DNA of 64,000 bases, taken from positions 448,001 through 512,000 of the forward strand of contig CAWFJP010000014.1 in assembly GCA_963816145.1 (NCBI GenBank), written 5' to 3'. The notes beneath the pieces were generated by a model. That model made no database searches. It saw only the letters and a list, made by a program, of their open reading frames with translations, and was not told where the DNA came from. Each line of letters begins with the position of its first letter. The first letter of the stretch is position 1. A program made the translations under genes and the position numbers. This document shows positions 57,368 through 64,000 of the stretch, piece by piece. This DNA comes from an uncultured delta proteobacterium. GTDB lineage: Bacteria > Desulfobacterota > Binatia > UBA9968.

Positions 57368-58420
57368 ATGGCATCACCAAAACAATCAGAAGCGGAGCGC
57401 CTAAGTCAGCTCAACGCTAAAGCGCAGCAGGGCTCTTTGCGCGGGGCGTGGCAGCGGGACCGGGGCAATCCCAAGCAGGAAGAGATCAAGCCACAGATCT
57501 GGCGCTGGAACGATATGGCACCGCTGTTGTTCGAAGCGGGCGAACTCGCGCCGCTGGATGATGTCATGCGCATGCGCACGCTGCATATGACGAACTCGCC
57601 CGATACGATACCCCTCGGCGCGGCGCGGACCTTTGCGGCGATGTTGCAGCATGTCAACGGCGGCGAGGTGACCGATTCGCACCGCCATACGGCGACATCG
57701 GTTTATTTCGCGATTCAGGGCAGCGGTATTTACACTACGGCGGAAGGCGAGCAGCAGTTCATGGAGCCAGGCGATTTGTTAACCCAGCCGAGCTGGACCT
57801 GGCATGGCACGACCAACAGCGGACCGGAACCGGCGATCTGGTTTACCGCCATGGATACATCGCTGATGCAATTTCTCGACAACTGGGAGTACCAACGTTA
57901 TCCGGAAAGCTTTTCCCAGCCGATCACCAAAGCCGACGGCTTTCATATGAAACGTCTGGGCGCATTACGAGGCCAGGGTGCGCTCGATGGGTCTGGTCCG
58001 TTTCCGCTGAAATACCGATGGTCGGAGACATTGAGCGCATTGAAAGATGTAGCGGCGGCGGGTCCTTGCGATCCATTTGATGGCGCCGTTTTGGAATACC
58101 GCAATCCACAGGATGGTGGTCCGACGACGGCGACGATGAGCTGCCGGATTCAACTGCTCGGTCCCGGCGAGCGGACGCTCGTGCATCGTCATACCTGCAA
58201 TACGGTTTACCATGCAGTGCGCGGCCGGGGTGTTACCAAGATCGGCAAAAGCCGAGGCGCTGATATTGATTTGTCGTGGAGCGAGCGCGACTGCTTCAAT
58301 GTGCCGAGATGGTACTGGCATCGATTTATCAACTCGTCGAGTTCCGAAGACGCGATTCTTTTCTCGGTCTCGGACCGGCCAATGTTCGATGCGCTCCGCC
58401 TTTACCGCGAAGAATTTTAA
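57368..58420 (+). CDS. Gentisate 1,2-dioxygenase-like bicupin
   Basis: HRHTATSVYF, PSWTWHGT, HRHTCNT, PRWYWH. Confidence 0.88.
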   Translation: MASPKQSEAERLSQLNAKAQQGSLRGAWQRDRGNPKQEEIKPQIWRWNDMAPLLFEAGELAPLDDVMRMRTLHMTNSPDTIPLGAARTFAAMLQHVNGGEVTDSHRHTATSVYFAIQGSGIYTTAEGEQQFMEPGDLLTQPSWTWHGTTNSGPEPAIWFTAMDTSLMQFLDNWEYQRYPESFSQPITKADGFHMKRLGALRGQGALDGSGPFPLKYRWSETLSALKDVAAAGPCDPFDGAVLEYRNPQDGGPTTATMSCRIQLLGPGERTLVHRHTCNTVYHAVRGRGVTKIGKSRGADIDLSWSERDCFNVPRWYWHRFINSSSSEDAILFSVSDRPMFDALRLYREEF

Positions 58421-58473
58421 GATCCCTTCGGGAGATGGAGCAAGACCTCGCCATCAGGCGAAGAGAAGATCCA

Positions 58474-58554
58474 TCATGCCGGCGCCGGCCGGCATCCAGG
58501 TTCGATTTCGGTTCGTTTGCAAAAGGCGGGATTCCGGTCTCCGCCGGAATGACG
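58474..58554. repeat. gtcat(g/t)ccgg-family inverted pair
   Basis: tcatgccggcgccggccggcatccag ... gggattccggtctccgccggaatgacg; followed by gagtcgacttc as at about 42140. Confidence 0.8.
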
Positions 58555-58602
58555 AAATGACGAGTCGACTTCCAGTGATCCGAGGCACTGACGAATGATT
58601 AC

Positions 58603-60150
58603 TTATTCCACTCCGAGCCGCCGGAGTTTTTTTATCAATCCCTGACGGCTTAACCCGAGGGCCTGCGCTGCTTTGGATTTGTTGCTATCGCAGTTAGCGA
58701 TGGCCTGCTGAATCATTCTCCGTTCCAGCGCATCGAGGGCTTGGCTGAGCGTCTGCCCCGTCACTTGTTCCGCTGCCGAATTTGAATTCGCTTGGGGATC
58801 GCGCCTCTCTAGAGCCAAGTGCTCGGCGCCGATGGCGCTGCTGCGCACCGAAGCGACCAAGCGTTTGACTTCATTTTCCAGTTGGCGCGCGTTACCGGGC
58901 CAGGAGTATGCGGTCATGCTCAAGATCGCGGCCGCCGTGAAGCGTTTGGGCTCCACTAGGTTGGCGGCGCAATGCTTTTGCAAGAAATGATTCGCCAGGA
59001 TTGGAATGTCTTCGGGGATTTCGCGGAGGGTCGGCGTCTGAATGCGGACGACGCTTAGCCGGTAATATAAGTCCTCGCGAAAGATTCTTTCTCTCATGGC
59101 GCGTTCGAGATCGCGATTGGTGGCGGCGACGATTCGAACGTCGACCGGCACCGGGGAGCGCGCGCCGATCCGGTCGATGGATCGCTCTTGTAACACCCGG
59201 AGAATCTTCGCTTGCGCCGACGGACTCAGGTCGCCGATTTCGTCTAGGAATAACGTGCCGCCATGGGCCGCTTCAAATTTTCCGATGCGCCGATCGACGC
59301 CGGTGGCGACGCCTTTTTCGATGCCAAAAAGCTCCGCCTCCACCAGGTTGTCCGGCAATGCCGCGCAGTTGATCGGGACGAAGGGATACTTGGCGCGCGG
59401 GCTGTTAAAGTGCAGCGCTTTGGCGATGAGTTCCTTGCCCGTGCCGCTTTCGCCTTGAATCAAAACATCCACCGAACTCGGTCGAATCTGGTCGATTAAA
59501 CGAATGATCGACTGTATGCGGTGGCTCATGCCGACGATCTTTTGGGTGGCAAACCCGTTGCCCCATGATGTGCTAGGTTCCATTGCTAAACTGGGACCCT
59601 GAGCTTTCATCTCCGCGGTAATTGGCGAATTCTCGATGATGTCGCTGAGATGGGCGGCGATGGTGCTGAGAATTTCCGCGTCTTCTTGGGTGAAAAGACC
59701 GCCCATCTTGTTGGCCGCCTCGCCGACACCGATCACCGAGCCGTTGAGGCTATGGATCGGTACCGCCAGCAGGGTGCGGGTTCGATAGCCGGTTTGAATG
59801 TCCACTTCCTTGTAGAATAACGGGTGCTCATAGGCGTCGGCGACGTTGATCGTTTGGTTGCTCATGGCGACGGCGCCGGCGATGCCCAAGCGGGCATCGA
59901 AACGCATGATCTTGCCCTCCTGGGAGATCGCCGACCAAAGTTCGCAATTATCTCGATCGAAAAGAAAGACACTGACGCGATCCGCCTGGAGCAGTTCTTT
60001 GGCCTCGCGGGTAATCAGCGCTTGCAGCGCCGACAGATTGGCGCTTGCTCGCATACGCCGACAGAGATTCAAAACCGCGCGTAGCTTGTCCACATGGGCC
60101 GGCGGGCTAGCCGCGATGGGGACATTAATTTCACTGTCGATGGCGTTCAT
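58603..60150 (-). CDS. GAF-domain sigma54-dependent Fis-family activator
   Basis: GAF (GIAG.VA, DAY..P.F...VD..TGYRT); GESGTGKE; GVATGV loop; WPGN.RQL; HTH. Confidence 0.93.
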   Translation of the reverse strand: MNAIDSEINVPIAASPPAHVDKLRAVLNLCRRMRASANLSALQALITREAKELLQADRVSVFLFDRDNCELWSAISQEGKIMRFDARLGIAGAVAMSNQTINVADAYEHPLFYKEVDIQTGYRTRTLLAVPIHSLNGSVIGVGEAANKMGGLFTQEDAEILSTIAAHLSDIIENSPITAEMKAQGPSLAMEPSTSWGNGFATQKIVGMSHRIQSIIRLIDQIRPSSVDVLIQGESGTGKELIAKALHFNSPRAKYPFVPINCAALPDNLVEAELFGIEKGVATGVDRRIGKFEAAHGGTLFLDEIGDLSPSAQAKILRVLQERSIDRIGARSPVPVDVRIVAATNRDLERAMRERIFREDLYYRLSVVRIQTPTLREIPEDIPILANHFLQKHCAANLVEPKRFTAAAILSMTAYSWPGNARQLENEVKRLVASVRSSAIGAEHLALERRDPQANSNSAAEQVTGQTLSQALDALERRMIQQAIANCDSNKSKAAQALGLSRQGLIKKLRRLGVE

Positions 60151-60478
60151 CTCGTCCTGCCTAACATAGTCGTCAAAAATATGTCAATGAAAGTCGCCTT
60201 GAAGTTGAATGAGCCAGGGAATCTGACAACAAAACGACCAAGCTGTCCGCAAAATTTCCCTCCATTTATCAGCACCGTAATGGCAGTTGGCCGCTAAACT
60301 CAATTGCAGTGAGTTCGGAGTTTGCATGATAGTCCTCGTCGGTGTTTCGAGTGGTGTTGCTGATCTTTCGTGCGCAACTCTGCGGCAATGCGGCCCGATT
60401 CCTCGACAACCTCGCGATGGTTCGCGCCTATGCCGCTTGGTTTGGTGCTCAAGACTGATGTTTCACGCCGCAATGTTA

Positions 60479-60494
60479 TGGCACTAAGGTTGCT
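60479..60494 (+). promoter_or_regulatory. sigma54 -24/-12 promoter
   Basis: TGGCAC-TAAGG-TTGCT, a perfect consensus 45 bp before ATG60539. Confidence 0.9.
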
Positions 60495-60538
60495 CTTCGA
60501 ATGGATAGAAATTAGCCTATGAAGTAATGGAGGTCTCC

Positions 60539-61285
60539 ATGAATCGGGAAAGCTTTCGCGAGCAGCTCCTCGGTGTGATGGAACGGAAGGAGCATTGGGC
60601 CTGGCCGGCATTTACTTCAGGCCGGGTGGCGCGAGAGCGATTGCACTTTCACTTCGAACAGGAGTATGGCACCTACGTGCGCGACTTTCCGATTCTCGTC
60701 GGGCGATCTTATATTCGATGTCCCATCGCTGAGATTCGCCGCAGCTTGGCGGAAAATCTCTACGAAGAAGAAACCGGCGGGCTTGTCGCAGGACATCCTC
60801 ATCCCGAGCTTTTTCTCGAGTACCCGCGTGGACTGGGCATGGATATGCGCCGATTTCAAAATATCCAACTCCTACCGGCGGCGCAGCGTTACCGTGAATT
60901 CCTCGATGCGGCGACCCAGTCTTTCGGCTGGGATATCGCGGCGGCGATCGTTACTATCTTTGTCGAAGGATCGAGCGCGGAACGCGTCGCGCTCAGTGGG
61001 GCCAATGGCAAACCGCCGCCCTTGGAGGAGCATCCGCTGGTGAAACATTACGGTCTCTCGGTGGACCGCTTAGCGCTCACTAAGGCGCATCGAGAGGTGG
61101 AAGGGCACCATCGGGCCGCCGCATGGAATGCGATCCTGGATCATGTGGTGCCGCTGCGCCGGGGCGCCGTTGTTCGGGTGATGGAAGACGCGCTCAGAAG
61201 CTGGTTGCTCTATCGCGACGAAGTCGCGTTGGTTTGCGGCATTCAGCCGAGCGACGTGTCTTTCAATTGCGCGGCTGCTCACTGA
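60539..61285 (+). CDS. PqqC/TenA/CADD-like heme-oxygenase-fold (putative di-iron) protein
   Basis: ENLYEEE.G...H.EL, VEG, H..VE..H; GGAGG RBS. Confidence 0.85.
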   Translation: MNRESFREQLLGVMERKEHWAWPAFTSGRVARERLHFHFEQEYGTYVRDFPILVGRSYIRCPIAEIRRSLAENLYEEETGGLVAGHPHPELFLEYPRGLGMDMRRFQNIQLLPAAQRYREFLDAATQSFGWDIAAAIVTIFVEGSSAERVALSGANGKPPPLEEHPLVKHYGLSVDRLALTKAHREVEGHHRAAAWNAILDHVVPLRRGAVVRVMEDALRSWLLYRDEVALVCGIQPSDVSFNCAAAH

Positions 61286-61329
61286 ACCGCAAACTCATTT
61301 CTTGCGCGTGAGCCTGGCCTCGTGAAAAT

Positions 61330-62631
61330 CTATGCGATCCTTTCGCCGCGATAACTCATTGCCAAGATTTGCATCGGGTTGAGCGGCCGTTTGCCGTTGG
61401 CCTGTTCGATCTGGATTGCCGCGAGCGGGCAATCGGAGCAGGTTACCTTCGGATCACCTTCGGCCATTTCTTTAAATGCCCGGCCGCCATATTTGAGCGA
61501 CATTTCAAAGTTTTCCTTCTTCATGGCCCAGGTGCCGTCGTGACCGGAACATTCTTCGACCACTCTGACAGTGGTTTCGGGTAAGAGCGACAGCACATCG
61601 CGGGTTTTGTAGCCGACATTCTGGGCGCGCAGGTGACAGGGGATATGATAGCTGATCGCTCCTGCGCCAGTTTTGAAGTCCTTGTTGAGTTTGCCATCAG
61701 TTGCCAGTTTGGCAAGGAACTCCATCGGATCCATGGTCGCCGCAGCGACTTTCTTGGCTGGCTCGCTACCCAGCAGGCGCGGATATTCGACGCGGATCAT
61801 CTGCGAACAGGTTGGATTGGTTGCGATCACGGTTCTGCCGTCATCGACGAAGCGCAGCAGGTAGTCGACATTGCGTTTGGCCGCCGCGATGGCGCCGTCC
61901 ATATCGCCGTTGTGCCACAGCGGCATACCGCAGCAGCTCTCATAGGCGAGCGCGATATCGACGTTGTTGCGGGCCATAACTTCGAGCGTATCGTTGCCGA
62001 TCTCCGGCTGGTTGTAGTTTACATAGCAGGTCGAGAAAAAGGCGACAGACGCCGCCGGTTCACCGGCCGGTGCTTTGTGGTTTTGATTGAACTGCGCGGC
62101 GAAGGTTTGCGATGCGAAGGGCGGCAGTTTCTTGTCTTTATGGATGCCGACAACGCTTTCCATGAGTTGGCGATTGAGCGGGTTTTCGTTGCCCCAGTTG
62201 GCCAGCGGCGCGGTCATGGTGCCGACTTTGCCGACTAGATCCGGATTGCCGAGCAGTTTGTCGACCAGCGGCACGCCATTTTTCTTGACCGATTGGGACT
62301 TGGCTCGGTTCATCAAGCGGGGAAAGTCGATGGCCCATTCATGATCGCCCGGCGTATACGGGCATTTGATATAGCAGAGCTTACACTGGAAACAGAGGTC
62401 GACGACGGTGTCGACATCTGCCGGCTTGAGATTCTTGGTATTGACGTCGGCGTACTTGCCTTCGACACAGTAGTCATCGATGGCGTCGAAAAGTTTCGGA
62501 AAGCTGCCGCAATACTTAACGCACATGCGGCAGTCGGCGCAGAGGCCGAACACCCGTTCAACTTCGGAACGAAGGTCTTTTGTATCAAAAAATCGCGGAT
62601 CGGTGGGGTCATAGGCGGGTTGGTTCGCCAT
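61330..62631 (-). CDS. GlpC/heterodisulfide-reductase-related Fe-S oxidoreductase
   Basis: CADCRMCVKYC, CFQCKLCYIKCP, CCG domain ESCCG and ECSG...SDCP. Confidence 0.9.
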   Translation of the reverse strand: MANQPAYDPTDPRFFDTKDLRSEVERVFGLCADCRMCVKYCGSFPKLFDAIDDYCVEGKYADVNTKNLKPADVDTVVDLCFQCKLCYIKCPYTPGDHEWAIDFPRLMNRAKSQSVKKNGVPLVDKLLGNPDLVGKVGTMTAPLANWGNENPLNRQLMESVVGIHKDKKLPPFASQTFAAQFNQNHKAPAGEPAASVAFFSTCYVNYNQPEIGNDTLEVMARNNVDIALAYESCCGMPLWHNGDMDGAIAAAKRNVDYLLRFVDDGRTVIATNPTCSQMIRVEYPRLLGSEPAKKVAAATMDPMEFLAKLATDGKLNKDFKTGAGAISYHIPCHLRAQNVGYKTRDVLSLLPETTVRVVEECSGHDGTWAMKKENFEMSLKYGGRAFKEMAEGDPKVTCSDCPLAAIQIEQANGKRPLNPMQILAMSYRGERIA

Positions 62632-62887
62632 TGCAGCTCCTTGGCTCGACGTAAATTTGCTGGAAGGTCAACCCGAGCAATTGCATAAAATAAACAAAAT
62701 TACCTGCTCGACCAATATCCTACGTCTACCAAGGACCCAGCGACGCTTCAACAAGAATTGAATATGCTCCTAGGCTTTTGGAATAACGGTGTATTTTTGC
62801 TGGTTATCGCCACGGTAAGAATTCCCCGGTGGGGCGCGTTAACGTTACCCGAGCTGCGCCGTCTAACTGGCCAAGGAGGATTTCACA

Positions 62888-63394
62888 ATGACAAAAACCA
62901 CAAAAACATTAATTGCCGCTGGGATCGTATCCCTGTTGATCATCGCAATGCCAAACTTGGCGAGCGCGGATGCACGTAGCCGGCAAAAGAAGCTGGACAA
63001 GGCCGCGGCGCGAGCCGAAAATGCTAGGGTGACCGAGTTGCAGCGCGACCGCGCCGAACTGCGCCGAGATTACGCCGAGCTGGAGCGTGATCGCGCCGAG
63101 CTGCGCCGGCTCCACCGCGCAGTCGCCGGCCGTGAAGAAATCATTCGCAAGCGCAACGAGGTGCAAGAGGGCCTGAGAGAAATCGCTCAGGATCGCCGCG
63201 AAATTAGAGACGATATCGGCGCGCTGCGTCGTGATCGGGACAACAGTAACGGCTGGTGGGGCAGCGACGATTGGCGGTACGATCGTTCGAGCCGAAACGA
63301 CAACAACGGTTGGGGCTGGGGACGCGACCGTCGGGACAATCAAGGCCGGTGGAATAAGTCCGATTTATGGAACTGGAGTTACGGTCGAAATTGA
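62888..63394 (+). CDS. Secreted low-complexity protein (R/D/E heptad coiled coil plus Trp/Gly/Asn tail)
   Basis: AAGGAGG RBS; signal peptide ending ASA; RDRAELR repeats; NGWWG and NGWGWG. Confidence 0.75.
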   Translation: MTKTTKTLIAAGIVSLLIIAMPNLASADARSRQKKLDKAAARAENARVTELQRDRAELRRDYAELERDRAELRRLHRAVAGREEIIRKRNEVQEGLREIAQDRREIRDDIGALRRDRDNSNGWWGSDDWRYDRSSRNDNNGWGWGRDRRDNQGRWNKSDLWNWSYGRN

Positions 63395-63443
63395 TCGCGC
63401 CTGTAAGCGATTTACCATCGCATCTCTGGGAACGTTTATCGAT

Positions 63444-63470
63444 GGGGGCAGGCTATGAAATCCTGCCCCC
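63444..63470 (+). terminator. GC-rich hairpin (terminator or REP-like)
   Basis: gggggcagg-ctatgaaat-cctgccccc downstream of 63394; no poly-U tract. Confidence 0.45.
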
Positions 63471-63480
63471 CCCTCGATGA

Positions 63481-63510
63481 TTGACATAGCGATCAGGAGA
63501 GCCTTATAAC
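63481..63510 (+). promoter_or_regulatory. Putative sigma70 promoter
   Basis: TTGACA-N18-TATAAC upstream of TTG63542. Confidence 0.6.
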
Positions 63511-63541
63511 CGAAGTCGAAAGATTCTTCGGAGGCTCAAAA

Positions 63542-64000
63542 TTGATCATCGATTGCGACACCCATCTAATGCCCCGGGACGCCTTTAACGCTGTCGGCGG
63601 TGCTCTGGAACCCTTAAAACCGACCCTCAAGTTCAACGATCAAGAGCTCTACTTTGACGTAGATTTTCCCGGCTATCCATCGGACGTGTCGGGAACTAGC
63701 CCGCTGCCGGCACCGGGTTCGGGGGCGATGTTTCGCAGTCTGTGGGATCCGATCGCGCGGATGAAAGACTACGATGGACGGTTAGCTATCGACCAACATA
63801 TCATCCTGCCGCAGTTTTCCGGCTGGTGGTCCTATCTGATCGAGCCGGAGCTGGCCTGCCGCATGGCGCGCTCGCACAATGAGTCGTTGCTGCGGGTGAT
63901 GCAAGAGTTCGCCGGCAAGATTTTCGGCTCGGCGCTGGTGCCGTTGCAGGATGTGCCGGCAGCAATCCGTGAAATGGAGTGGGCGCAAGACCACGGCTTT
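63542..64000 (+). CDS. Amidohydrolase_2/ACMSD-like protein, truncated by the window end
   Basis: GGAGG RBS; TTG start; hand translation MIIDCDTHLMPRDAF...LVPLQDVPAAIREMEWA. Confidence 0.8.
   Translation, partial: MIIDCDTHLMPRDAFNAVGGALEPLKPTLKFNDQELYFDVDFPGYPSDVSGTSPLPAPGSGAMFRSLWDPIARMKDYDGRLAIDQHIILPQFSGWWSYLIEPELACRMARSHNESLLRVMQEFAGKIFGSALVPLQDVPAAIREMEWAQDHGF

Noticed and set aside
60539-61285. PQQ biosynthesis locus
   Set aside because: No pqqA, B, D or E nearby; fold-level resemblance only

Overview
A gene-dense, GC-rich bacterial chromosomal segment of about 52 CDS. No rRNA, tRNA, CRISPR array or intact transposase was seen. Content is dominated by catabolic and scavenging paralogs: 11 solute-binding-protein-fold genes with no permease, 5 amidohydrolases, 3 crotonases, 3 gentisate-dioxygenase-like cupins, 2 Rieske oxygenase alpha subunits, UbiD, a molybdoenzyme large subunit, a CoA-transferase/citryl-CoA-lyase pair and a NahE-like aldolase. 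This profile resembles Candidatus Binatia/Binatota (inference only). The clearest unannotated signal is at 18.0-22.6 kb: a duplicated cassette (sigma54 promoter, 5'UTR, RBS, tiny lipoprotein) with an identical 18-bp promoter core, transcribed divergently from a sigma54 two-component system. One copy encodes an intact 41-aa Ser/Gly-rich lipoprotein missed by the ORF track. The other has a broken start and runs into a 55-aa secreted Pro/Lys peptide. Other points of note are a perfect sigma54 promoter driving a lone PqqC/CADD-like di-iron gene opposite a GAF activator, an orphan CbbQ/NorQ plus VWA pair, an orphan GlmL and a Doc toxin-antitoxin pair. At least five families of nested palindromic or periodic intergenic repeats occur, and one copy sits in-frame inside a CDS. 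All coordinates and motifs were read by eye and no database searches were run.
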